Source: Moniliella sp. 'wahieum' (Eukaryota). From it: a stretch of DNA of 64,000 nucleotides. The DNA lies in the NCBI GenBank assembly GCA_003971905.1, contig RSEE01000037.1:62001-126000 (forward strand). The letters are read 5' to 3'. The position numbers and the translations under genes are program-made. Below the pieces are notes generated by a model, which saw only the letters and a list, made by a program, of their open reading frames with translations, searched no databases and was not told the origin of the DNA. Positions 40,493 to 55,093 of this stretch are shown here, one piece after another (position 1 is the first letter of the stretch; each line of letters begins with the position of its first letter).

Positions 40493-42377
40493 CTTTCACT
40501 TTAGCTTTCCATCTTCCCTCATCCAATTTCCAATCCCTTTTCTTTTTCTTTTTTTGGGCTCGGCTCATTCCTCCTCTTCCCGCCCCTTTTCTTCCCTTTC
40601 CTTGTCTTCCCTCGCCCTGTCTGCTCTGCCTTTGGCTTCCCGTGCCCTGTCTTCTCTTGCCCTTCTGCCCTGCGCCCGTGCCCTTGGGCCGTCGCGGACG
40701 TTGTGGGTGTTCGGGACGTTGGGGACGTTGGAGACGTTGGGCTGTTGTGGGTGGTGAGGCGGTGAGGGGCAGTTGGGGCGGTGTTGGTTTGTTTGTTTGA
40801 TTTGTTGTTTTGCATACCCCCTCCCCTCTGCGCGTTCGGTGGACCGTATGTGGGTGCACGGGCACGAGAAGCGGGAGGGTGGTGTTTTTGTTTTCGAATG
40901 GGTGCGCCCGGCCACGGTCCTAAGGTTTGGTTTGGTCCGGCAACCAACTTGATATGCGACAGGCGCCCGCTGGGGATAGGGATTACCCAGGAGTACGATC
41001 ACTTTCTGGTGTCCTTCCGGCTTGGCTGTCCTGGCTGCTTGCTGTCCTGGCGTCAAGTTCTGGCTCCACTGTCCTCCGGACCTTAACCTTACTGTGGCCG
41101 CACCCGGTCTTTTTCCCTGTCCTGTTCTGATCCCTAGTCTGTTTCCCTCCCTCCCATTGACTCTTGCATGATCCATGTGTCTCAGATCTTTTGCCCGCAC
41201 ATTTGCATGGTACCTATAGGAACGCGAGGGCAGTCTTAGTTAGTTGTGAATAGATCTTTCCTATCATCCTTTCTATACGCCAACACCCTCACCAATCCCA
41301 ACGACAGGAGCACGCGCGCCAGCAGCGGCTCGTCTTTAGTCTAGTCAGTAGCATATAGTATGCTCGCAGCTTCAAGCTCGTGGCTCCCCCTGGGTCGGGG
41401 GTCGTGGGGTCTTAGGTCCTGCACCATCAGCCAGGGTGGAGCACCCCACCCGGAAAGGAGGCCTACCAGAAATGGTGACCCCCCCCCCGACCTTCGCACA
41501 GCCGCACCAGTCCCCGTCGATCACAGGGATCAGGGCTATCGGGCCACCTTCGCGAGCAATTAGCAATTATAAGGCACGGGCAATGCGAGGCATAGGTTTC
41601 GAGGATCGGTGGTGTAGATTGATATAACAAGCTATTGCGTTTCGAAGCCTACTGTTGAGAGAAGAGTCGTGGGGAACCACCGCTGCTGTAGTATATATGG
41701 AAGAATTAAAGTGCCATAGCCGGGTTTGGGTATTAGACAACGTAACACTGTAGTAGGAGTAGTACTATATAGCTACTGCACTGCACTGATATATCTCACC
41801 ATTCCCCGAAGAGTTCCGCAGACAAGGTCAAAGGTTGAGGTCTCGCTTGTAGTACGGGATTAGAAGGGCGACGAAACGGGTGTGGTCTCCTCCTGCCAAA
41901 CACACCCCTGTACTAGCTACATTATCACACTATCGAGTCCCGTTCGTGGCGTACATTGCACCCTTACGCAGACTGTGTGTGCGGTTGGAGTGCCGGCTGT
42001 GTCGGTGGATGCTGCAACTGTGGCGTAGGAAGAAGAAGGGAAGGGGACCTACCGTCCTCTACACCGCCAGGTCAAAAAGCAAAAGAAAGGGATATATATA
42101 CTCTAGTAGAGAAGAGACAGTAGGGGGGAAGCACCAAACAACAAGAAAGCGGTACGAAGAAGAGTGGGTAGTGGGTATGGCAGTCATTGTCAAGAAAGAT
42201 CGTTGGCCTCTCAGAGAGGAGTGAGAGGTGTAGGCGTATGAGAGAAAAAGATGAACACGGTGAAAAAGGTAAAAAGGATGAAAAAAGGTGGTGTGGGAGC
42301 GTGGGTATGTGTCCGGTATAGTGGCAAGGGAAGAAAAAGTGAGTAGAAAAGACCGTGTGGTCCCTGTATAGGATGGA

Positions 42378-43690
42378 CTAAGGTGCGGGAAAAAAGAAGG
42401 AAAGAGGAAAGCATCTCAAGCGGGACGGGAGAGGATGTTTGCTCTGCCGCGCGGACGTTGGCCCCTCTTGCGCTCGACGCGATGGGTGCGCACGTGCTGC
42501 TTGAGATTATCGTGGCGGCTAAAATACCGTCCGCAGCCGGCATGCGGGCAGAGATGGGCTGGTACACCAAACCGACACACATGTCAGAATCTAGCTTTGC
42601 TTCTCTGTGCTCCTATTCTGTTTCTTCTGCACAACATGGACGTTTGGTAGAGAAGGAGCGCGTGGGGTAGGGGGGGGGGGGGGGGGGTACGTACGCTTCA
42701 GGTGCATGTGGACCGAGCGGACATGACGTTTAACGTGCTCTGAACGGTTAAAGCTCTTGCCACATTCTTTGACAAGGCAGACATAAGTTTTGCCGGTATA
42801 GCCTACCCAGGGGGTCGTTGCATTCGCCGTCTCGCTCAGTTGCCGACGGACAATGGGCTTGCGCATACGGCCTTGGTGACGGAACGGTTCGGGCATGACA
42901 GGGTCCCCGAGCAGGCTCCACATCGCTGCCGCACTGCCCATGGAGCGCGAGCTGGAGGAAGAAGCGTACGAGGTGTGCGGGGTGCGGGTCGATGTTCTGG
43001 GCCCCGAATCATCGGCCTCATCGGCCCCACCGGCTCCATCGGCTTCGGTGCGGGCGGAAGACTGGTGGAGGGAAGGGAGGCTGCGCTGGCCACGCTGGAC
43101 CGGGCCGCACAGGCGGTGGGAGAAGCAGACGAGTCGGATGCTTCCGAGTCGAGGGAGGACGTGCTGGGTGGGGCGGGGGGGAAGGAGCAAGCGGGAGCAG
43201 ATGCTCGGGCGCAATGGCAGAGGAGGAGCACGAGGCTGCAGACGGTGCCAAGAGGGCAGTGCTGCCTGCCACCATAAGAGATGGCCAGGTGGCAGGCGAT
43301 AACCCCTCTTGCTCCTCGCCGTGCTGCAGCATGGACCAGGTAGGGGCGCCAGCAAGCGGCGCGGGAAGCAAGGCGTCCCAGGCTGCTGCAGGCTGGGGCG
43401 GAGTGGGGAGGCGGATGAAGTCGTCCCATCGCTGAAGAGGCAGGGAAGGCCGGATGCGGCGGCCATCATGCCGGACGGCAGCGCGAGGGAAGAGGGCAGC
43501 GGATGGTGAGGCCAGGGCCACAGGGCTGGAAGGGTGTTGGGGGGCACCTCGGGGAGCAAGCTGTGCTCGGTGGCAGGCGCGAGGGCTGGTGTGTGGAGGA
43601 GGGGGCGCGGCCTTCCTGTGCGTCTCCGTCGGTGTCGCCAGTGCGGGTGGGGGCGGGAGACGAAGAATGGGATGGGGGTTCGGCAGGCAT
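42378..43690 (-). CDS. Msn2/Msn4-like C2H2 zinc-finger transcription factor; intron 42559-42694
   Basis: C-terminal fingers YVCLVKECGKSFNRSEHVKRHVRSVH.. K|PHLCPHAGCGRYFSRHDNLKQHVRTH, joined in frame by a GTACGT..CAG intron. Confidence 0.85.
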
Positions 43691-44467
43691 GATGGTGGCG
43701 GATGGAGGTGCTGGAGGAAGGGCAGAGGAGGGCAGAGGAGGGCAGAGGAGGGGCAGATGGGGGATCCGTAGCGGCAGATACCAGCAGGGGGTACTTTAGC
43801 AGCCGCTGTGCTGGTGCCGAGTGGAGCAGCGCCTGCTGCGCCCTGGCTGCGCCCGCATCCCGCACGGCGGCAGTGTCCACCCAACCCTAGCCCCCGCCGG
43901 CTGCCCTGTTTTGCAACATTGCAGCCCCCGGTGGCGAGTGTTCGTCGTTCGTCTTCCCCCTTGCCTCCGCTCCGCGCTGGAGACGGAGGATTGCCGTAGT
44001 AACCCTCGGTGGATCCAATCCAACTGGGTGCTGCTTGTATTGCTGCGTGTAGGTCCAGCCCACCCACCGCCGCTCCATCTCATTCTACTCCGGTCGAGCA
44101 ACGCGGACGAAGACATCCTGAAAGGAAGGCGGGATGGCCGCCATCCCAGATGCCCCTGAGTGCTCGCTCGGATGGGTGGAGCGGCGAGCGACTCCGTCCA
44201 TCCTTCCCTCTTCAGTACCTGGAGTGGGGTTGGTGCGTCGACGAATGCATGGATGGATTGAATATTGAATGGAAGGCGACCGGTGATCACCCGCCGTGCC
44301 GCTCTCACGCGGATCGGTGCAAGCAATGCGGTGGGGCCACGCCCGAGCGCTGGGGTGCCCGAAGCCCGAGGCCCGATTCACGGAGCCAGCGTCCATGGCT
44401 AGTGGGCGTAAATATCACCTCCATCCCACCTCCATCCCTCCCTTCCCACCGCCATCTCTCCTCCGCC

Positions 44468-46634
44468 ATGCCCGCCGCCCCCCCCCACCGCCGCCGCTTC
44501 GTGGCCCCCATGACGCCCTCCCCCCCCCCCGAGCACGAGCACGACGACGCCCCCAGCGACGACGCCCACCACAGCGACAGCGACTCTTCTGACGACGACC
44601 AGGCCCGCTGGCTCGCCTACCAGAGCGGCCCGCCCACCCCCGGCCTCGCCGACACGGCCAGCAGTCTCCGCCCTCCCTCTCCTTCGCCACCCTCCAGCAA
44701 CTCGCACGCGATGCCCGCTCGCCCATCCCCCGTCCAAGCACACCGCCTCCACCTCCACCGCCCACACGCCAAATCCCCCCGCCCTCCCCAATCCCCACGG
44801 GCAGCCTCCGTCCCTGTCCCAAGTTCAGCTTCCGTCCCAGTCGCAGCCCCAAATCCAACCTGCCGCCGCAGGCGCAGGCGCAGGCGCAGCCGTCCCCGCC
44901 ACCACCCCAGCACCCCCCCAGGTCTGCCTCCCAGCACACGTGCTCTCGTCCGTGGTGCCGCGCGTGGCCTCAGTCTCCGTCTCAAGCCCAAGCTCTGGCG
45001 TCCGTCCAATGAGCCGGCCCGAGCCTGGTGATTGGAACGTCTCGTGGTCCATGTCCTGCGCGGTGGCTTGCGCGCATGGCTCGTGAGCTTTGGCATGCGC
45101 GGTACCATCTTTGCCCTCTTTGCCCTGATCCGCACCTTGCGCACCCGTCCGTCGTTGCTCAAGTTGGCCACTGTCGGGCGCGTGTATGGCGATCGTGCCA
45201 ATGTACGCTTTGCGAGTATGATGGGCGCCTGGGCTCTGCTCTACAAGACTGTGTTAATGCTTTGCGTCTGCTCACCGCCCACCGCAACAACGCTCTCGCT
45301 CCCCTCTCGCCCTCGCTCCGCGCCGTGTCCGACGCAAGTCAGAGCGCCAGCGAGCCCGAACCGTCCCGCTCTGGCTCTGGCTCTGGTTCTGGCGCTGCGC
45401 GCTCCCAGCCCCGGCCTCGGCATCGCCCTCGGCATCGGCCCAAGCATCTCCGTGACCCCCGCAGTCGCGTGTGCACGCCTACCTGCCGGCGCGGTGAGTG
45501 CGCTGGCGGTGCTGGGGAGTCAGGGGATGCGCATCTCGCTTGCCCAGCAGCTGTTTGTGCGTGGCATGGAAGGCACGTACAATGTCGCTGCCTCCCAGGG
45601 ATTGTGCATCCCCCCATGGCGCAGTACTGGTGTTTGGCCTGGCTTGTGGACAGATCATGTGGGCATATCAATGCACCGGAAACCTTGCCGCGCGGCTACC
45701 ACCAGTCCTGGATCACCAAGGCATCCCATGCCCCGCCCCCGGCCACCCGGCTCAACGCGATATCGCTGCGATCGGCGTGCCGAAACTGGATGGCATTCTC
45801 TCCTTTTCCCTGACGGCAAGTTGCCCGCCAAGTGGATGGCGTCTTCCCGGCCGTGGCGCCCAATAAAGACCACTTGGTCGGTGTCTCGCCAGGCAACGTA
45901 CGCAACATTAGCTCCATGTCGACCAAACCCGCGCGTTTCATCGCGCCGTCGCACTGAAAACTGTCTGCCGCCGCGGGCGCGGGGGACGCGCCGCCCGGAC
46001 CCGACCCGGCTAGCCTCACTTTTGACCATATCCCCTGCGTGTACATGCACCCCGACACGGAGAATCACCTGATGGTCCCGCTACTTCGGACCTACCGTGT
46101 CACACGCTGGATCTTGCCCATCTACCTCGCGCTGTACTTTGTGCCGGCGCTGTTTTTGCGTACGAAATCGTTCCTGCGAGCGCCGGGGGGAGCGTGGTAC
46201 GGTCGCTTTTGGGCTCGGTCCGTTCGTCCTTATTTTTGGGCGTGTTTGTCTCGCTGTTCCAAAGCTCGTTTTGCGATGCATCAATTACAGGATCTACTTT
46301 CGCGTCCCGCTTTCGCCCGCTTCACACCGCTGTGGCTCCGTCGCACACTCGGCTCACCCCACCTCAGCTGGTTCGCAGGATTCTTGACTTGCCTCTCACT
46401 TTTCGTTGACGATGCGCGTCGACGAGCCGAGTTGGCCGCGTACGTCCTCCCCAAGGGCCTCGAATCCGCTTGGTCCGTCCTCCGGAAACGCGCTTACCTC
46501 CCGTCGTTCCCGGTGGCGACTTGCTCTTGACCGCTATTGGTATGAGCTTGGTCATGGGCACCTACACGCGCGACCCAGATCAACTCTCCGGCTTGACACG
46601 CAAAATTGTTTACCAGTTTATCGGCCGTAACTAG
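44468..46634 (+). CDS. TMEM135-like multi-pass (probably peroxisomal) membrane protein
   Basis: GAVSALAV, QQLFVRG, HGAVLVFGLACGQIMWAY, PC..MHP, LPIYLALYFVP, RSSLFLGVFV, GFLTCLSLFVDD.RRRAELAAYVLPKGLESAW, DPDQLSGL..IVYQFIG. Confidence 0.8.
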
Positions 46635-47876
46635 GAACTAGGAACTAACCCACCTACTCGACTGCTCTGCTCTGCTCTGCTCTGCACTGCACTGTACTGC
46701 ACTGCACTGCACTGCACTGGGATTGAATACACCAGACTGGGCTGGACTGGACTGCGCCTGAGCTTTGAGCTTTGAGCTTTGAGTTTTCTCTCCTGCTACG
46801 GATGGATGCCCCCCCCCCCCCCCCCCCTAACCCACCCCCTTGGCCGTGCCGTGCCCTACCTATCCCATCCCGCTGTCCCCCGTCCCATCGGAGGCTGCCC
46901 AGCCTCATCTCGTCCGTCCCATCTCCCCACCAGCAAGGCGAATCGGACGCGGCCGTCCGTCTCTTTTCCCTCTTTTCCCTCCGGTCTCTTTCTTCCTTTC
47001 TTCTTTCTTTTCTTTCTTCTTCTTGCTTGCTTCCCCCCATACCGCACCGTACTGTTCCTTCACCGTTCAATCCATATCGTCCCTCCCCCTTTTTTGCCCT
47101 TGTCCTCGCCTTTGCCCTCGGTCTTGCTATCGTCCTCCCTCGCCCCCACCCTCGGTCTTGCCCTTGCTACCGCTCTTACCCTGCGCACGTTGGTTGGAAC
47201 CAAGAGAACGGGCGCTCTCAATCCACCTCTCTCACCTCGTGGGCTGCCCCTTCCGTGCTTCCTGCAAGGCTCGTCATCGGCGTCCAATGGTGTAACGGTG
47301 TAACGGTCCCCAGGTATCAGGTATCATTCGACAGGGGTAGCCTAGAAGCTTCGTAGCTTCGTAGCTTAGTAGCTTAGTAGCTTAGTCCGTAGCCTAGTAG
47401 CCCCCTACTCCATCTGATCGTCCGAACCTAACCCCTACTCTATCCCATCTAATCCAATACGCGCCCTAACGTCCACCCCCCCAACCCACTGCACCGCACT
47501 GAGACTCAATACGCAAGTAGGTCCAGCATGGCCGCATTCCATTCCATTCCAAGCTGTGCCACCGGCATCGCCTCGCACTCGCACTCGCACGCGCACGTAC
47601 ACGCAACACTACATTGCAGACAATCTGTACTCTGTACTCGCCGGGCTACGGGCTACGGTCATTGAACGAGCAAAGGGAAGAAGACGCGACGACGAAACAA
47701 GGCAAGAAACATAGAGAGGGTACGTTAAATTTAACAAAGGGACCGGGGACACAGTGTGCTGCGCGCTATCACCCTCGGCCTCGGACATGCAATGCAATGC
47801 AATGCTATGCAATGCAACGTACGGACGTAAGGTATGGGTACGGTTGGTTACTTTTACGTGTACAGTACGTGTACAT

Positions 47877-49730
<1,854 letters not shown>

Positions 49731-50222
49731 TCACCCGTCGGGCGCTGGGGGGCGCAGGCCGCACCGCGCACCGCGCCACTGTCCGGCCGGGCGCTGGAAG
49801 AGGCCTGCGCGCCCCACTGCCCGTGCGTGCGCCTGTGGGTGCTGGGGCTGTGTCCGTGCACGCCGCCCACGGGCGTGCTACGTAGCGCTGGCCGTCGTAG
49901 CTGGTAGTGGTAGCCTCAGGCATCATTGCCCGCTGGTCCGTCCGCCTCGACTCAGCCGCAACTGCTCAGCCCAGTTGGTCGGCAACAAGTCGAACGTTGG
50001 CTTGGTGAGGACGCTGACGGTGATGCTGACGTCGATGTTGACGTTGATGGTGACGGCGACCCGCCACGCCACGCCTCAGCAACTTGAGGTGGCCAAACAC
50101 ATTAAACTGAGCTTACGCTGCTCCTGTCCCATCCTATCTATCCCTTTCTTCCTCCCCTCCTCCCTCCAGAGTAGTCCTCTGGAAACAGTCATGAATCATT
50201 CGCACAGCGTCGGCACGTACCC

Positions 50223-52024
50223 TCAGGCGGTGCCCAGGCGCTTGTGTACTGCTGCAGCATCTCCTCCAGCTCCAGCGGCGTGCCCGCAAACCCATACACA
50301 TAGTGGTCCGGCCGCAAGGCGGTGGCCTGCGTCCTCAAACCAGCCTGCTACTCCTCTCCGTCGTACGACGGCACCTCCACCACCCGCGCCTTGAGCCCTG
50401 ACAGGATCTTGTCGTCGCCACCCCACTCAGCTTCGGCCCGCTCTGCAGCTGCATCGGCGTCGCCGTCCCGCCCACGCTCACATTGCCCGTCGCCGTGGCC
50501 AGCGCCTCTCCTCCGTCTCGGGCGCCACCAGCAGCCGCCAGTATAGTCCTCCACCGGCGCCAGGCAGTAGGGCTCCAAGGGCGAAAGACGAGCCACGCAC
50601 CAACTGTTGCACGCCCCCGCCGCGCGCGAGATCGACAAACGCGCCGGGTCCCAACGGTCCTCGTACACCGGCCCATCGTCCGTAATCAGTTTCAGCTGCT
50701 CGCGCATCGGCTTGCTCTTGCTCTCGTCCGTCTCGCAAATTGGCAGTCCCAATTGATGATTTTTTGCAGAATCGCATCAATCTGTTGCCGTCGCTCGGTC
50801 GTGTAGGACGTCAGGAGCGCAGCGTCGCCTTCTTTTTTCAAATCGCTGCCAACGCCATGCCAGCTGCCCGCCATCGCGCAGCCCAGTTCAATCCCTTGTT
50901 CAGGAACGGCGGCGTCTGGTGCGCACTGTCCCAATCAACAGATCTTGTCGTTGATGTACGACGTGGCACTGGGTCAGGCAAGCACAAACGTCAGTAATCA
51001 TCATCCAGCATCCTTTCTGCCCCCTTGTCCCTCTGTGGTGTCCAACCATCCACCACCACCACCAAACAACCATCACACCTCAGGGTCTCACCAACCAACG
51101 CAGGACCAAGGGGCGAAAGAGAAATAATAACGTACTTGAGACACTTGACGTATACACCACAACCGCCCGCTCAATCTCGCAGTTCTCCTGCGTCACCATA
51201 GGGGCGCAACAGAGCCCACACCGTACTCGGATCGGTCAAGTCCTCAATCGATTCGTTGGGCAAGCGCATAAACTCCCCCACCGACGACGGCCCTGCCCGC
51301 CGCCCGTCATGGTCGTTGGCCGCGCCGGATCACACACCTGCACCCAAGGCCAGGACTGCATGTGCACCGGCCGAGTATCGAGGATCAACCAGTCGTAATC
51401 GAATCCATAATCTTCGCGTCCAATGCCGGCCAACTCGCGGATGGTCGAGTTGGTGCCCTCGGCCGAAATGAGGTAGTCGCATGTAACTTGCACCCGGTGT
51501 ATTTACCGGCCGCCCCTTGTACGACTCGAACGAGGCCACGAGCCGTCCCGAGGGCAGGGTGGTGTACTGGTAAAAGTTCCAGCCACGGTGGATTGGCACT
51601 TGGTTCGCCTCGCACGCCAATGTGGTTGCCGTCTCAAAGATTGGCTGGGCAAAATTTTGCCTCGCGTACCCACTTTGCGTCGGTGCCGACAGCAAATCCC
51701 CACGTCTGCCCTCTGCATCTTGCCACGACAACCTCTCCGCATCCGTCGCGCCCGCCACGAACCGTAGCAGTTCCTCCCCCAAGCCAGCATCAATGCACAC
51801 CCGAATCGCATCCCACTCAACGACAACGGCACGCGGAAGCGATACACACTCGTCTGCCGCTCAAAGATCAATACGTTGATCCCCAACCGAAGCGCAGCAA
51901 CAGCGCCGTTACCATCCCCACAATCCCCGCTCCCACAATGCACACTTGGCAGTCGTACCGCAGCGCCGCGCTCGCGGCGGCGGCGTCCCAGACGCAATCG
52001 ACGGCGTAGAGTCATGGTGGCCAT
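50223..52024 (-). CDS. FAD-dependent aromatic-ring hydroxylase, MhpA/PheA-like (class A flavoprotein monooxygenase); intron 50969-51135
   Basis: VCIVGAGIVG; FERQ..VY..PRA; DYLISAEGTNSTIR (DG motif); CDPARPTTM.GGG.GRRRW; GDSAHQTPPF..GLN; LLTSYTTERR; C-terminal RPDHYVYG. Confidence 0.85.
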
Positions 52025-52888
52025 GGCGGAGGGGCGGTTGCGTAAGACTTGTAGCCCGCGGGATGGACGTGGGAAAGAGAGAGAGAACTCAAGCAGACTC
52101 AAGAGGAAAAGAAGGAAGGCGGGGGGGGAAGGCGCCGTCGCCGGTCGTGCGATTTGGCAGAGGGCGGGTAGCGTGCTGGCACAGGCGCGCACCTGCGCTG
52201 ACACACCACTCGCCGTGTGCATGTTGATATGGCCGATCGGGACCGAGTACTGGTACTGATGGGCGTGTGTGTACGGCACGGTACGTGTGGCGCTGGGCAA
52301 GGCAGCGCACAGGACACACACCACAGCTTCCCGCGCAGACAGGAGACATGGCGACGTGGCCGCCGGGAGCGGGAGCGGCGAGGCGGGCCCCCAGCCCCAA
52401 GCACGGCCAGGGGGCAGTCTGGGCGCAGCATGGGCCCCCTGGGATCGGCACAGGCCGCTGGACGTGCGCTTCACGCTTCACTGGCCGCTGGGGAGCCGCC
52501 TGGGAAGCAAAAACAACACCGAAGGAACCGACTTGGTTGTCTGTCGATCAGCCCACTCTCGCAGCTGCCCCACCGCACGGGGCAGTCTCGCCCTGTGTAC
52601 CCGGCGTGTCCGACCGGGCTCTGCTGGCTCTTTCAACTCACATTCGGTCACCAGGCACTAGTCACATGTCCATGTTTCCTGCCCCCTCGCCCTCGTCCGT
52701 GTCAGACGCTTTCAGTCACCCCATCGTCCCGCCCCGCGTCGCCTCCATCGATCATCGATCATCTCCGTCCAATGTCTTCTCCTTGAAGCTTGACCCCATC
52801 CATCCATCCATCATCCCTCCTCTATGTCCACCTCCTTACCCTACTTGCGTTTGCTCTGTGTATGTGCCATCCATCGTCCAGGGACCGC

Positions 52889-54752
52889 CTACAGCGCCTG
52901 CCGCGTCGCACTCGCGCTTGAGTCCACGCCATGGTCTCCGTGTCCTTGAGCGCTTCGAGGCGCGGCGCAAGGCCCTCGTACACACCCGCTGGTGTACCGC
53001 TTCATCCACCCCTTCTCGTCCGGGCTGAGCAGGCTCGCGTCCACCAACGACGCCTGGATCGGGCAGAGGGTGAGCGTGTCGAATTCAAGGAACGGCCGTT
53101 CGGACGGATGGCGTCTGCTTGGTCTGGACCGCAACCAGGGACTCGATCCGGATCCCAAACGATCCGGCCAGGTACAGCCCCGGCTCATTCGACACGATCA
53201 TCCCGCTTTCAACGCCGTGCTGTCCGACGCGGCGCGCGTGTTGATCCCATGCGGACCTTCGTGCACATTGAGCCAGGCACCGACCCCATGCCCCGTCCCA
53301 TGCTTGTAGTCCCACCCTTCGCCACACGCACGACGCGCCAACGAATCAATCACATACCCACCCCCGTCGTACCCGTAGGGAAAATCGTCGTGGCCACGCA
53401 ATGTGCCCTTGGCACACCGTTTGTGGCCCTCACTTCTTCCGCCGTCGGCGTACCAATGCCATTACGCGTCACATCTGTCGTGCCGGGCGTATCAAAGTGC
53501 ACCCACTGTCACAGAGGTAGATCTGCTCCGCTCAATCGCGTCGCGCTCCTTCGGCGGGGGACCATAATGAATGATGGCTGCATTGGCGCCGGTCGAAGAG
53601 ATGGTCTCAATGACTCGCCTTTAAACCCGGGCTGCTGCGCCCGCAACGAGGTCAACTTGGCCGCCGCATCGTACTCGTTCACCTTGGTCCCGGCGTGCAA
53701 CGTGCGCTCAGCCAGCTAAAGTCATGCTGCGCCAACGCCACCCCCGTCGCGCACGTGGGCCTCTCTGAACCCAGCCATCTCAGCGGCCGTCTTGATGGCC
53801 TTGTGGTCCTGGATGATGCTCCGGTCCACCACGGTCTTGCTTGGCCCGCCGAGCGCACGTTGGATGGCCAAACTGGCGCGCTGGCCGAGCAGGATGGGCG
53901 CCGGTCCGGCGGTCTGGGCCCAGGTACTGAGCTCGTGGTAAAGGACGAGTAGGGCAGGACGCGAATGTCGGGATAGGAAGCCAGCCGAGCCTCCGCCTCG
54001 GGCGTCAGCACGCCCGGCTGGACAAAGAGCCAGGTCTGGTCGAGCAGGACAAAGCAAAGGCGAAAAAGACGGGGTTGTAGGGCACATCGGTGCCGCGCAG
54101 GTTGAACAGCCACGCCACTTCGTCCAGCATGTTGGCCACCAGACCTTGGCCGGCGTCGCGCGCGCACGTAGCGCAGCACGTAACGCAGCCACCTTGTCCC
54201 CGTAGCTCGCGCCGGCCGCTTCGTCCGCCAGGCAGAACACGGCTGGTGCGGAACGGCCGGACGCGGCGCAGCGTGGTCGTCGGCCCAGATGGTGTCACGG
54301 GATTGGGACCGTCGACAGCGACCAGCTGGCTGTCGCGCGGCGTCAGTGCGCTCGCCAGCTCCGCCGCATCGGGCGCAGTGATCAGCTCGGCACTCACACC
54401 CACCCGGCTGCCGGACGGGAGGTGGTGGGCGACGTACTCTTGCCACGTCGGCACCCGGGCTCGCCCTGGCGCATCAGCGTCCACACACCCGGCTCGAGCT
54501 GCGCGGCAGCCTGGAGAAAGTACCGGCCATCAGTAAAGACGAGCGCCTTGTCGGCGGTGACGAGGGCGGTGCCGGCACTGCCGTTGAAGCCGGTGAGGTA
54601 GGCGCGGCGCGCATCGCACCCGGCGGGTACTCGCTCTGGTGGGCGTCCTCCGAGGGCACGAGGTAGGCGTCGAGCTGGGCGGCGCGCAGCTGGGCACGCA
54701 GCGCAGCGACGCGCGCAGCGGTGGGGACCATGCCGGTGGCGGTGGCGCCCAT
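52889..54752 (-). CDS. Xaa-Pro aminopeptidase (aminopeptidase P, M24B)
   Basis: [98 protein letters not shown]. Confidence 0.95.
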
Positions 54753-55093
54753 GGAGGTGGGAGGTGGGAGGTGTAGCGGCGGGGGGGAAGGGGCACGCAG
54801 CGCACGGACGGGGGCGCGGGGGCGGACGAGGGTGAGGGATTAAGTAGCCGCTGGGGGCGCACGGCTGCGGCGGCGGCGGCGGCTTTCCAGCACACGCCAC
54901 GTGGACAGCTCCGGGCATGGCACTGTTGTACTGGGTGGACACAACGCAACCACCATGTGGGCGCTTTGGACGGGGGCAGCAGCCAACCCTAGCACCCCGC
55001 TAGGGTTCCCGTTCCGCTGCCCCCGCGGAACACCTGCCCGCCCGCATTCACCCGCACCCCCCCACCACCACCACCACCACCACCACCGCCCTC

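Noticed and set aside
46660..46785. Compound TGCTC/TGCAC/CTGGA/TGAGCTT repeats as a functional element
   Set aside because: Consistent with ordinary slippage microsatellites in a 3' intergenic region.
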